Shown here: positions 26,031 to 39,729 of the stretch, in pieces
Layout of the letters: every line of letters starts with the position of its first letter
How positions within the stretch are numbered: position 1 is the stretch's first letter
From: Enoplolaimus lenunculus
Lineage: Eukaryota
DNA length: 64,000 nt
Reading direction: 5' to 3'
NCBI GenBank assembly: GCA_030248215.1
Contig: JASANG010002067.1
Span: forward strand, 310,001-374,000
Notes under the pieces: model-generated
The model's database searches: none
Seen by the model: the letters and a program-made list of their open reading frames with translations, nothing else
Told to the model about the DNA's origin: nothing
Program-made: the position numbers and the translations under genes

Positions 26031-26491
26031 CGCCTGTCCAACTGCATTTTTCGTCGACTATATTTGTCGACCGTATGCTGCCAGCTAACATACATACAGT
26101 GCACTTCTCGGGCCTGGTCAATTTTTGGTCATCACCGAAAAAAATTAAAATTTTCAAAATAAATTATTTCTGCCGAACAGGAATTTGAAATAATTTCATC
26201 ACCGAATTACTGTTGGACTTTTCAGAAAACGTTACCAAAAATGGCTTAACAAATTTTGAGCTATTTCACAATCAAGTTTTGCGAAAACACTCAAAGACAA
26301 TTTTTCGAATATTTAAATCTTTATGAATAATTTGACACAAAACCGTAAAAGTTCCGATTCGTGAAATGGGAATTGCAAAATTTGTGACAATACGGTAAAT
26401 TTGTTTTAAATTTTGGAGAATTTTTATGCGACTGACAACCGTATTCGATATCTTGCCATTTCACACTGCCGAATTTTCACGTTATCATGCC

Positions 26492-27320
26492 TTATAAAAA
26501 CCTCAACTGTACACTCATGTATCTTTGGTCTATGTTTTACTGCTGCTGCATATGAAGGCAATATATATACATCAGCGTTGTAACCGATGTGCAGTATTAG
26601 CATAAGGTATTATTTTGCCTCCATGCATGCCATGTTAAATACAATAGCTATGTATTAAATTCACTCTTTAGATCTCAACCTGTTGGTGGACGGATGAAAG
26701 AGAAAAAATCAGAATAGAAATTAATAAATTGGCACAATCTCAATACTAGGTTTTCCTAAAAAACAGGAGCGGTTTGATTCGAGATAAAAAGATATACGCA
26801 TCTATAGCCCATACTCAGATTGGTGTTATTTCAAAGAAAATTGTTATCACAAAATAATGGGTCATCCAGCTAAAATATAATGACCGCTAATGTAAAAACT
26901 TGTCCCACCTCCCGGTAGAGATCTGTGTACAAATCGGAGCAGCAACTAGCTTATAGGTAACACCATGTGACAAGTTGGGTAGGCTAGGCTACGGCAGTTT
27001 TTAGTTGTGAGTTCTCAGCAGCTGAAAGTAAGAGACGCTTCCCGGAGCTTTCGCACTCGGTCGACAGATTATTAGTCCTGTGCGCTATCCACTGAGCCAC
27101 GCCGCCTCACACTCAACTGTTGAGTTTTCTATTTTATTTTTTATAAGAACCTCAACATTATACACTTGTATCTTGGTTCTTTCATGCTTTACTGCTGCTG
27201 CATATGAAGGCGCTACATATACAGCGGTGTTTTTACCGATGTACAGAATCAGCAGGAGTTTTTTATATGACTCCGTACATCCGCATGTCACAATCTATGA
27301 AAACACTTAGCTACTGTATT
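26492..27320. repeat. Diverged ~170-bp direct repeat (~26492-26660 and ~27142-27320)
   Basis: Shared core tttactgctgctgcatatgaaggc and flanking ttataa.aacctcaac / accgatgt.cag. Confidence 0.75.
26902..27110 (-). mobile_element. tRNA-headed LTR-like unit followed by TGG-PBS and purine tract
   Basis: Minus strand: GGCGGCG-TGGCTCAGTGGATAGCGC-ACAGGACTAATAATCTGT (A box, anticodon-like arm), tail ending TTGTCACA at 26966, then TGGTGTTACC, and GGGAGGTGGGAC at 26913-26902. Confidence 0.55.
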
Positions 27321-27730
27321 TAGTTTGCGTGTTTGCAGGGATACCAGCGAAGGTTCCTAGCGTTCAATTGTCCGTTTTTTGTTAGACCCACCCAAACTTG
27401 AATTTTCCCTCGTGTTCAGGAGCGCCAGTCTTAATCTTATGTAGGTTTCAATTCTCTGCAAATTGGTTTTTACTCATTTACTTTGAAACAAACACATGTG
27501 CGCATGGGCTTATAATGCACTGCACTTTGAGTTCTGATTGCTCACAGCGTAGATGTTAACTTATATGGTCATAGGAAAGAAAAGTTTAGAGAATTTGTCT
27601 GTGTGGTGAAGTGGTAAGCATATTTAGAGGGAGGCCTTACTAGGATAAGCAATTTACGGCTGGTGTATGCTTGTTTAAAGCTGCTTATATCAAATATAAC
27701 AACATTATTAGCAGATTCTGTATTACTGGA

Positions 27731-30622
27731 ATGGCAGATAGCATATTGGAGGTAAGTTTTTTATGCATACCTCCGTTATTTGGTAAAATATAAATTTAAA
27801 TTCCAAACTTATCAAATTATTCTATAATAAAAACTGTTTCTGGGAAGTTGAATGTCTTCTCATTTGAGTAGTACGTATATATTTTTAATATTGACTTTAG
27901 TCAGCTTGGAATATAATATATTCTATGTTTTAGGAATGTACTGATTAATCGGCATCGGTAAAGTGCACTTTTCGTGAGTATCGGCACGGCTAAAAAATTG
28001 CCGATTCTTTGCTGATACTTTTTGCACATAACAGTCAGTTGGAATGCTATCAATGTCATTTCTTCGCGAATATTATTGTTTCTGATCAGGGAAACTGTTA
28101 TCTCGCGTTTATGGTTGAAAATAATTTGGATATGAGCCGTTTTCATAAATTATATATAATTGTTTATGGATAGGGTGTAAATCTTCGCATAATGATGTTA
28201 TGTAGTATCTTATATATCTGTTTATTAAGCATGGTGTAATAAAGTTGGGATTGGCGTTGGCATCGGTTCGGCAATCGGCATCGGCAAAGTTTCACAATAA
28301 GATCGGCATCTGCAAAAATTTGAACATAGATCGACGACCCATCCCTGCTATCTTTTAATTTTAATCCGCTTGTAGTTTACGGCTGCAAATATTGAATTTG
28401 TAGACTCATTTTGTTTAAGACGAAGTTAGATCTTGAAGATTTAAGAAGGCTGCATTCTGCCGCAACCAGGCCTCATGTAAAAGCAGTCATCGTTTCTGAA
28501 ATTCAACGTTTAGAAACTGTTTTGGCAAAATTAGAAGGAGAGCGCGTATTGCATGCATCGTCTGGGGCAATTTCAAGCTCCACTGGCCCAGTACCTGTGA
28601 ACAAAATTGCTACCTATGGTATGTTTTTTGATGATTGATGTGGAATGAGCTATGTTAGTGGAATGAGCAATGTTAACTTACACGAACAGGTATTAACATT
28701 GGTTTCTATGAAAATCAACTGGCAGATTGGTTTCTCGCTAATATATACGTAATCTGAAAGCCAAAAATCTTTATAATGAAAGCAACGCTAACAGCGTGAA
28801 AATGCACAAAGCCGACGAACTGTAATGCTTTGCTTTCTTTCAGCTTGGGATCAGTCAGAGAAGTTCATTAAAATTTACGTAACACTTCCGGGTGCGCAAA
28901 AGGCTTCGAACGAACAAATGCGTTGTGAATTTAATACAAGGTATGGACTTGGCTACAAGCGGTTTTCCGGTTGCGGCCGGCCGATTTTAATTGCTGAAAT
29001 GTATAACATAACTATTGTGCAATTATTTATAACTAAAACCCATAGTATTTGGCTACGAACTTTGTTTGAAATAAGTATATATAAGTACTTCAAGAAGTCC
29101 AGTTATTACTAAGACCCTTGTAAACAGAAATTATAACGTATTGGAAGTTGTACCAATGTAGCGCAATTAAATTTAACTTTTTGGATTAAATGTGCATTTG
29201 AACATCCGGCTCCGCCAACTGCCGAAGCCCGGTGTTAAACTATCTGGCTTCGGTATGTTTGGCCATCCAGTTTAACCGTTTTACGAACCATCCAATCACT
29301 TTTCTGTTGTGTTTTTCAGCTGATTTGAAAGTTAGAACTTCATATTGAATACAGAATATCAATCGATTCATAATATTTGCGAATGAATCATCTTCCGAAA
29401 ACTTTTTTCTTTGTTAGTCAAATAATGTCTTCAGTGCTACCTTTGCTTTAAACTCCTATCTGCCGTACTTACACTTTCGGCCCGGAATGTGTTTGAGGTT
29501 GTCTTTGTTACGTATTACACGGTTATTGTTATTAGAAGTGTTGATTTCACCCTTAAAAATGTTGCTGGGAAGAATCACGAATTTGCAATTACTGGTCTTC
29601 TAACTGCAATCGACCCATCAGGGTCATATTTTAAGGTAAGTATTTGGTGCTGGATTTTATTAATTTGTGCAAAATGAATGTGTTGTTTTAAAAGAAAAAC
29701 ACAAGAGTTGCGCAAGCTTTGTACATTTTGCAATCTACAATTGCTAGTGGTACTTGAGTAATCGTGTTAGTTTTCTGCTATTTGTTCACGTGAGGGCTAT
29801 ACTTCTTCGCGACGGAGTTTTGAAAGCTTTGATCACAGTTCAATTTTATGGAATATTCTGTTTCTTTCTTGCATTACATTGAAGTAATATATTTTCAGTT
29901 GTTTTCAGTTCAAGCAAGACATTGTTTTACTGATGTTGAAGAAAGAAAATCCGAACAAAAAATGGGAATTTGTGACGGAACAAGAATACATTCAAAAAAA
30001 TAAACATAAGTTAGTTCAGACCTGGCCGTTTTTGCTTTATTCAGAAACTTAACATTGGCGTATTTAAGCAGTATTATAGTCTTGATTAGTATGAGTTGCG
30101 GATCTTCGAAAAATTGGTAGCCAGTATGTGACGCATTTGATTACAAAACTGAGTTCTTGCGCTTTTCACATCCCTGTACGCAAATTATTGTAGAACGTGC
30201 AGATGTAGATGAAGTTTATACTCAAAAGCATTTTGCAATGTGATATCATAGCATCGCTGTTGTCTAAGTGGATGAAAAATTTGATTATTAATTTGCAAGT
30301 TGTTATTTTTGATTAAAGTAAACGTTTATCAATAAGTACGCAAAAAAATTTCAGTGAAAACACTCGCAATACCCAGACCGGGATGAAATTCTATTTTTAT
30401 ACAAAACTTTATAGGCCGAAATATGATACCCCGGACAAAGATGCTGATCCATCGGCTTCTTTAATGAATATGATGAAGCAAATGTACGACGAAGGCGATG
30501 ACGATATGAAAAGAACGATAAAAAAGGCGTGGTATGAATCGCAGTCAAAGAAAACTCCGGGGCTCGACAACACACCTGGTTTAGGAGCCACTCCAGATTT
30601 TGATAGTATGGATGACTTATAA
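27731..30622 (+). CDS. CACYBP: Calcyclin-binding protein / Siah-interacting protein, 6 exons: 27731-27751, 28420-28618, 28844-28940, 29536-29635, 29909-30009, 30415-30622
   Basis: N-terminal helical hairpin ([17 protein letters not shown]), CS domain ([16 protein letters not shown]) and SGS domain ([29 protein letters not shown]). All introns are GT-AG with consistent phases. Confidence 0.95.
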
Positions 30623-32585
30623 TTATGCTTGCTCATGTTCGTATGGTTTCTTTCTGTTACGTTATATTTGTGCAGAACTGTTCTTTCAGTTCGATGCAGC
30701 TTATCCACTACTGTTTTCTAAATTTTCCTCGGTAGTTTAGCTTGGTTTTCTAATACTCTGACTTCGTTTAATCAGCAAAATTTGCATTGTAAAAAATCTG
30801 TATCTCGAAACCTGGAAAACTGTGAACGCAGAGGTTAAGAAATATGAGATCCTATGTTTGTTGGGTTACAAATACGCATGACTGCTAATTTTTAGTAAAC
30901 TTCGGTGGGTTTATATTTACAGAGCGATTTGCATTGTGTACATCAACCGCTAGGGTAAACTTTGGGGTGATTTTGAACGATTTATTGTTACGGTTGAACA
31001 CAAATGAAACCTTGAGTTTCAAATTTATTATGTTCAGCTATAGTTTAATGTTCTGATTTTTTCTCACTTTCGCATTTAGGGTTATGCTGTACCTTACTGA
31101 AGAGGGGCGAGACGGTTAAATTCTCTTATAGCAAATTATAGATACAATGAATTTTGAATCGTGACAAAATTTTTTCAATATTTGAAATGAGAAATCTTGT
31201 ACTGAATGGAAGTTGTGCGGCAATATAGAATGAAAAGAAAACAATAGGTTTCAGGGTTCACTTGCGTAAAAGACCTCCTCCAATAAAACGGCAGGAAACA
31301 AGGTGTCTAAGTGAACGTGCCGTACCTAGCGTGTGAGTGGCTCCCGTCAATGTGAAGGGTTCTTAAAGTTAGAATGCCGTTAAGTATTTTTAAGACTGTA
31401 ATTTTCCGCTCTACTCGGCCAGATCCTAAAGAGCGGTGTGGCAGGCAGTAATAGTGCCCTAACCAGGGTCTAACGGATATCCCGAAGTTAATTATAAATC
31501 ACTTATATAACTCGCAATTTTTCTTTACAGATATGCTACAATTGATTAAAATGAAATAAAAATCACGAAATTCGTCCAGTCTAAAAATTTCGTTGCATCC
31601 GCCATTTTATTTTTCTGCGCGCCTCAATTGGGTTACGCAGAAAAAACATTTCTGAAACTTTTGGGCTTCAATATCAGTTTTCGGTTATCTTGATGGCTAT
31701 CCGTTTCCGTTATTTTTACTACCTGTTTACACCCTGAACCTAACTATGCATATTGCATAGAGGATAGAGATATGTGTTATACGTGGTTCCCTATTGTCCG
31801 GGGCACAATTGGTCGACCCATACTCTACAAAAATTGATTTGATTTGAAATTTTTAACTCAAAAGTATGCCGAAACTTCTTAGACTGTTTAAATTTATAAA
31901 ATTTTTATTGTTCATCAAAGTTTTAGGCCCGTCTTTTGCAAACTCTCGCGTGGCAGAGTTGCGCGGGCGCAGCACCCCATTTCTAATCCTGAGTACATGC
32001 GAGTATTGAAACGTTACGTATAGTAAACATGGATTGGGTGAATCGTCCTCCTCATGAGAATCAGCTGAGGGAAAGCTGGCGAGCGAAACAACCTATATAA
32101 ACCAGAGGAAAGGTATGCAGACAAACTAAATAAATTTTGATGCAGAAAATCCTTAAATACTTAGTATACGTTCCATGAGGTCCGTTTGGGCGTGACTTCT
32201 CTCCATTTAAGGTGTATGGGAGCGCTAACCACTGCACTACCGACTGGTCTCATTTTGAGTATGGCCAATTTCACCCCAAAAGCAGTCCAATTGTCCCGGG
32301 CCAGCAATGTATCAGGAGTACACACAACAAATTGTGACAGTTGGGACAGCGGGAAGGTTAGGGCAGTTGGGACAGCGGGACGTATGAGACAGCTGGGAAC
32401 ACAACAAGGAAAAGCTCCTCCACGTAGAATTTTTTTAATTGGAATCTCAGGGGCTACCCCCTGAACCCCCCGCATGTTCAAGGGACCCTAAACAGAATGG
32501 GGCTGTTGCCCACAAACCCACCACACTAATCAATTCATTATTTTAACACCTATCCTGCTCAGACTACAGAGTCCTTTGAAATTGG

Positions 32586-32900
32586 TAGGGAACAACCGGA
32601 GGTCTGCCTCCTGCTCCGGCAGAAAATCGGCCTCCGGCTCCAGTAGAATTTTTGCCGGAGGTTCCTTCAATTTCGGTAGTAAAATTTTTGCAGAATTATA
32701 TCTGTTTAATGTGTTTCGCTTTACTTTTGTCATAATTTTGAGGAAAGAATTTCTGAAATTTCCCGAAAATTAACGTAAAACCAAACAACTTAACAACATA
32801 TTGCAGATATTGGCTAAAATTAACTAATTAACTATCATTTTTACTACATAATTTCGCCTCACCTCCGGCTCCGGTATTTCTCACCTCTGGTTGCACCCTG
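32586..32900 (+). mobile_element. hAT-type MITE (family B)
   Basis: TAGGG...CCCTG termini; perfect 8-bp TSD GAAATTGG. Confidence 0.9.
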
Positions 32901-33324
32901 GAAATTGGGGTCAGGGAATGCTGCAACCCCCCATAGAAAAGAAAAAAGTGTCCCTTCTACGCCACATACTAAGTATACATACATATATGTCAGGGAGTAA
33001 CCGGACATCCGTTTCGGGTAAAAATCTGTATCCGTTTCCGTTATAGAAATAACGGAAATTTAGTTATTTTTCGTTCAAAACTAGTTTTTAGGTCGCGTAT
33101 ATATCTCACAATTTGTCATTCCAGACATGCGGCAACTGTTCAAATTGAATAAAAAAGTACAAAATTCATCCAAAATCTCAAAAATTGCGGGTGCGTCCGC
33201 CATTTTTTCTTCAAAATTTAAAAAGCCAGGTGGATTGCACTTCTCAGTTGTGTCGGCAGAAAAATATAACATGTTTGAAACTTTCATGCTTCACTATTCG
33301 TTTTCCGTTTCGTTATTTTGATCA

Positions 33325-33327
<3 letters not shown>

Positions 33328-33371
<44 letters not shown>

Positions 33372-33408
33372 ATCCTATATATATTTATATATTTATATAT
33401 AATATATA
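33328..33408. repeat. (TA)n microsatellite
   Basis: About 20 perfect TA units, then a degenerate TA-rich tail. Confidence 0.95.
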
Positions 33409-34191
33409 TTTGTATATTACATATTTGGCTGTGCAGTGCACTCCTGGCATATTGCTGTCCCGGAACGATGGGCTAACTCGCGTTTGTCTATAAACAGGCA
33501 TTATGTATGTTTAAACAGTTTGCATGCACTGATTTGCTCATAGTGTGTTAAGTTAATTGAAATTACTTTTTTTGTGACACGATTTCGTTTTTATTCCTCA
33601 ATCTGCCTCTGAAGCAAAACAAAAATGCATAATTTTACCGTATAAGGCATCTCTGTTAGTTATTGGTTTTGCATGGACACTTTAACCTAGTGATATCTAA
33701 TACATTGAAAGTTAATCGTGTGATATGAACATACTAACAGGATTATATGAACACTCTCGGTTTATATGGACTCAGTGCGTTTATGGAGTTTAAATTGTGC
33801 TACAAGTTTTGGCTCATTGCACATGTCACAAAATCAGTTTAAACAAATGGACAAATATAGCACGGTTCCCCCCGCAAAACTCGTGCTCTAAATTTGGCAC
33901 TCCATACACTGTAACCTCTCTACCAGCGATCAATCTTTATTGTAGCTACACCATAGGGAGGGACCACAGACAGCTTATCCGGCTGTATTTACCGGGAGAT
34001 TGGATTTTACGGGCGACGGAATTGAGTAATTAAGCGAAGATATTTGGAGATTCAAAAGCATACTTAGGCACAGATCATCTTAAGCGGCACGCAGGCTCAT
34101 AGTTGTGTATTGTAACATTTTTAGTGACTTATTTTTCTGCAAGTTCCGCGATACGTTTAGTCCTCGTTTTCGGCATCTTCAGAAACAAGTA

Positions 34192-34639
34192 CTGTAGTGA
34201 CCCGAATAAGAGGGGAGGACTGATATTTATTTGGCCTCTCCAAAGGGTACCCCTTGCTATTCGGTTACGGACTGTTATTTATTTTTAACCCGCCCTTCAC
34301 CGTCCTTCGTTACTGATGTATATTCGGTATTGCAACTATCCTTTGAATTAAACGTTTTTTGCGTTGCATCAAAAGCTTGAGCGATAATGCAAAGTTATAC
34401 TTTGGAATGTTATTTTCACAACTTAAAAGTACGCTTTAAATTTCGAACTCAACTTATTTGGTCCTGGAGTCATTTATGGGCCACAATTGAGGATAATTGT
34501 CATTTATGGACTCTAATTAGGGTTTAGGGACCCTATCCGCTTACGGACTCTCATTAGGGATACGGACTCCTATTGATCGGGACTCAAAATGGGGACCCCC
34601 TTCTTATTACCCCTCCCCCTCTTATTCGGGTCAATATAG
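34192..34639 (-). mobile_element. MITE family A copy (reverse orientation)
   Basis: TA|CTGTAGTGACCCGAATAAGAGGGG ... CCCCTCTTATTCGGGTCAATATAG|TA. Confidence 0.85.
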
Positions 34640-37600
34640 TATTGATTTATTCTGATGTTTCACATTTTATAATAAAAAAGGCGAACAATTTTTATGGTGC
34701 AATAATTGAGTAAAAGTTTAACCGTAAGACAAATTTTTAGGCCTATTAGGCTCAAGCGTAAGCCTAGACGTAGTTGTAGGCTTATTCTTACGCTGAATTT
34801 AGGCTTAAGAATATGCTTATGCGGGGTTCACGTTATAACTGGACAGTCTGAACCACATGTTGTCCCTGTTGCAACAGTGTGTAATATTTTGTATGCACGT
34901 TAATTGGCTACGAAATTCAAAAAATTTAAGTTGTCTCCTATTCTGATCTGACAATCACTGTGCCCAAATATCGGATGATATTCCAAATATTGCCTGGAAA
35001 TATCATATAACGGGTTTGAAAATGTCTGCACAGTTGATGTAAACTAGACTAAATGCCCTGTAGAATGCAATATGATACTAAAATTGGAATCATTGGCAAT
35101 TTTTTCCTCAAAATTGTAAAAAAGTTAAAATAAAATGCACCAAAGAAATAAATTTTTAGTAAACTATGGAAAATTTTACTACCGATATTTCCGGAACCTC
35201 CGGCAGAAACTCTGTCGGAGCCGAAGGTCGATTTTCTACCTGAGCCAAAGGTAGACCTCCAGATGTACCCTGGTGGGCACCGATATTATTGTCCTGCGTA
35301 ATATCATGTGATATTTGGTAAAATTTTAGTTTCTTTATTATATGATATTCGCATACATGTCTCGTGATTGGCTCTGTGGCATATGGCTGCTTGCATACGA
35401 TGATCACTTGAGATCAGCGTTTTGCAAGCCAATCTCACGTTACATGAAGAGATATTCAGATCGCATTTTAAGTTGGCGACGAATCAACATGGACAAAACG
35501 AACGTGTTTCGAGCTGCTCCAGTTACGTGAACACCGCATTACACTTACTGTTACGGCATTAACTGTACATTGGACCGCACAGTGAAGCTGTTTTTATTGC
35601 CAAATATAAAAATTCGTTCAGATTCAACTAACAAGTAAACGGAGATAAACCTTGGGTTCATTATTCAATAATATGAGTCCGTCCATATAACCTGAACACG
35701 CAGTCTATATGAACCGAGTACTGCGTTCATGCAAAACCGATCACGTTTTTGGCTATTTACGAGGAAGTAAAAAAATAAAATTCTGACGACGCAGAACAAT
35801 TCTCCTCATCGTCAGGAAAATGCCAAAATTTATATCAAAACCTCTTCTCTCGACCACCGTGCTTTAACTAATTTGTAAACAACCTTAATGTTTTACTGAA
35901 CACTGGAATGACGCCAATCATTAGTAAAACCACGCTGGAAAACTTATTAATTTTATAAACAACACGGTCAGTATATAGGGAATCGCTATAGCTTATATAC
36001 GCGTTCTTGTTTTGATACGCTTTGGCTTTTACTTGCCGGATATCCGGATATGAAAAAATATTCAATTCCCATCGCTAGTGTTTACGAGTTTTTATAGATC
36101 TGGAGTCCGATGTTTAATACGAAACTGCCTGTACAAGCCGTGATAAATGTGCCGGCGGATCCAGTAATCCCTACTTAATTGGTGCTTTAATTAAATTTGT
36201 ATGAATCGCGCAGAGATTTTATTAATTTTTACCAAAAAACTTTTCTCACGTTGTGCTATACCACCCCACCACTTCACGATCGGCCGTGATGATATCCAAG
36301 AGGTATTCAAATTCATACACTAACTGTAGCGAACTATTTTACGTATTTAAAAGTGAACTCTTGTTATCAGTCACTAGTACAAAATCAGATAGAGTTTAAA
36401 AATTTGTCACTGTTGCTATTCACAAAGTAGCTAAAGAATTGTAATAGTTCAAAAATCAAATGACCGAATTCAGTTCAACAGATTTGAATCTGAAGTGTTA
36501 ACACTTTCAACGTTGTTTGAGTTGAATGACACTATGCTCATATGTTGCGTTCTGACTTGTTAAAAGCAGTAATACGTGTAACAAGTTTCACTTTTTTGTG
36601 TTGCTGCAATTGAATTTTTCAGTTAAAGGGTACAGGCGTTTGATTTCCGTCAGACCCGACCCGTAATATTTAAGAAACGGTGGGTATCTGTTTCTTGCAA
36701 CTGTATAAAACGAAATACAGCATGCGTTTAATTGATTAAGATTTTGGATACATTTCATCATTGTTACATATCGAACAACTGCAATACATCTTTGATGAAA
36801 AATTAAGCGGTTTATACGCACAGTAGAGCTAATTTTGAGCATAAAATAACAAAATTCTCCGTATATTTAAAAACTTATACAGAAACTGACATTGATTTTC
36901 ACCGGAAGGTAACTTGATATCTGGTTGCACTCTGTTTATAGAGCTATCCGGGACAGAGATCTATAAACTGTTTTTCTGCTCTCAGCCAACACATCATGTT
37001 AACGAGATCTTCCAACTTACTACCGATACGCAGTTCTGTTCAAATTTCATATTCATTTTTACAGCACAGTTTCTTGTGAAACGCACCTAATTTAAGATAA
37101 AGGGCGCGTTTCCCAACCATTCACACAGCATGGCAAGAGAGATTTGTATTTAAAAACGATAGGACCAATAACGTGTTTGGAACAAATTTGATAAGTAGGT
37201 ATATCTATCTAAACTTGTAATTACACCACTAGATGTACTTAAAGATTCAGTTGAGATTGGATTTTGAAACTTGAAAGGGCTGATAGGTTTTATAGTAGTC
37301 AGCACAGAGAATCAAAAAATTTTAGTGTCCGTCACCTACTCGATCACAAGTATCTTGCGTATGCGTGAGAGGTTGAGTTGAAGTACGAACGTATAGCAAA
37401 AATAACGAGTTATTTAAATGTCATGTATTTATTGTACACAGGACGCTGAGAACAGAACCTACAATAATACAGTGAGACTTGAATTTCACTATTTATGCAG
37501 CTCTTTTGCTAGAAAAAATGAACATTATTCGTTGATTAGGCCTAAAAAGAGTCGAGAACATAAATTAATATGTGCATTTTAGCATATTTTATCATTTTTT

Positions 37601-39729
37601 ATGTCTGCATCAACCGAAACGATATAATACAAACTAGAATATCGTTCCGAATTGCAGAAAAAAACATAAAATTAACTTGTTTGCAACCAATGTTTATAAT
37701 TTTAAACGAGGAAAACATAGAATTTTCTGTCATGAAACCATTGCAATATTTGCACCGTACAATTATACATACAACACTGTTACAATGTGGCAGGCAATAT
37801 AAAAATTTCTCATTCGTGTTATACGGAATAGCATATTTTTCACGATACGCTGAAATATTTAGTTCTCATTTTCGTCAAGACAACCCCTTTGAAAATCCGA
37901 ATTGATCGCAAAAAATAGGGTTCAGTTTTTTAAATTAACAACTTATCGAACAATGCTTATGTCTACTTTCCCTTGGATCTACCATCGCAAAAACGTATGC
38001 CGAGAGATAAATACAGAACGAAACAGAGATAGTTTCATTTGAGCAAGCCGGAATTTGTGGTGGAGGAATCTAGAAGATTTCTAGAAGACGCAGCAAAATT
38101 CTTTCAATGCTGTCAAAATTTTGATTTTTCAGTCTACACACAAAATAGTATTTCTGAACTTATTCAGAAAATTATTTTCTGTGTCAAATCTGGAAAGTTT
38201 TTCTGATATTTAAGACAAATTTTCTAAAAATAACTGGAAAACGCTTATTTTCAGACTTTACTATAAAACGTTTTTGAAAACTTTTCTGTTATAACAGAAA
38301 TACTTTTCAAGCGCACTTTGATAATTATACTTCTTAAATGTAAGAAATTTTCTCTTAAATATCAGAGATATTCATTTGGTTGTATTATAGGCAACAAGAG
38401 TTCTTCGTAGTGGGGCATATATCTTTGTATTCCAAAAAAATTTGGTCATATAATTTTTTTACGTTATTTTTGTATTGTAAATTTCAAATTAACTTGTGTT
38501 CCAAGGATCAGCATTTACTAAAATTTTGTCATATTCAAAAATTTTGCTATTTTCCCAAAACTGAATAACAATAAGTATTTCCTGTTTCCTCGCATAATTG
38601 AAAAACCGATATTAACGTCAGTAAACAAACGGTAGTTTATTGCTATTTATACTCTCATACTGTATGCACGTGTATAAAATGGTTATTACTTGACTCAATT
38701 TTTCATTTCAAATTTGCGTTAAATATTCATATATATAGGTTGTTTATATTATAGTGCTAAGTCAAATGCTAGCCGTTTGCATTGCACTTTTATTTTGCAT
38801 CCGTGTTTTTGAAGCTCTCTGCAATTTGTAGCAGGATCCTGTTGGTTTTTTCAGAACTCAGAATTCTGAATTGATTGAATTCATTCTGAGTTACTTAATC
38901 AACTCACCCGGACTAAATTAGTGTTTTCAGTTTTTAACTCAGAAATATTACCCAGAAATGACTAATTCGCTCACTGAGTTGATTAGTAAACTCATCGGAA
39001 TTTACAGTGCGATCACTAGATTATTTTTATAGACTGTGTAGGCAAATACTTAAACTTTCTGCGTCTTGTGCGAAATATTGTATTATCGCTTATAAAAATA
39101 TCCAAATATAGATACAAGTGTAGTAGTGGCAGCAAACGTGTCTTGAAAATTTTGACATTTGAACGTGAAATCAAAGTAACGTTAATTTCATTAAACTTGT
39201 ACTCTGGTTCATACTTTGATTTTGTTTTCTGTGTGCTTATTAAAGTGATAACTTCAAATGGAACACATATTTCTGTTCAGTTGTTAATCACGTGGACTGC
39301 ATTGACTAAAAAGTATATAAGAACATGGGCCACGGTATTTCAGAATTGGGGTAGGAGCTGTATGTATTTTATATTGTCTTTCAGAAGCGCTGCCTGAATC
39401 TGCCGTCCGCAATACCAGTCTATAGCTTATTCATATATCAGAACCCCGCAAAGGCGAGCAACAACGCCAAACCCACGCAAAAACAAAAAACCCACCAACC
39501 ACCAAACAAAAGAACCCCCCCAACCCCCCACCCCCCGCACGCGCGAGTCGCCCCCCCCCCACCCACCCACCCCCCCCCAAAAAATACCCCCCCCCCCCCC
39601 CACCCCCGCGCAGAGACCCCCCCCCCCACATAGGACCCCTCGTAGGTGGCTGTCCCAAGGGAGGGTCTTCAGGGTGCCTAACAGTGAAAAACGCGCGGGA
39701 TCCATGGCAATGTTTTCAAACTGAAATAC

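Larger units (their letters stand above)
25540..26105 (-). mobile_element. TRIM-like miniature LTR element with tRNA-like sequence in each LTR (LTRs 26105-25902 and 25745-25540; PBS 25901-25884)
   Basis: Two ~205-bp direct repeats, ~95% identical by hand count, ending ...CTGACA on the minus strand; TGG-initiated PBS directly abuts the upstream LTR; 156-bp internal region. No TSD or clear PPT was found. Confidence 0.75.

Noticed and set aside
39440..39680. C/A-rich tract with Gly-rich ORFs on the minus strand (39427-39705 etc.)
   Set aside because: Irregular homopolymer runs grade into an error-ridden copy of the foldback terminus. This is typical of low-quality read or gap-fill sequence, not a gene or a real G-quadruplex array.
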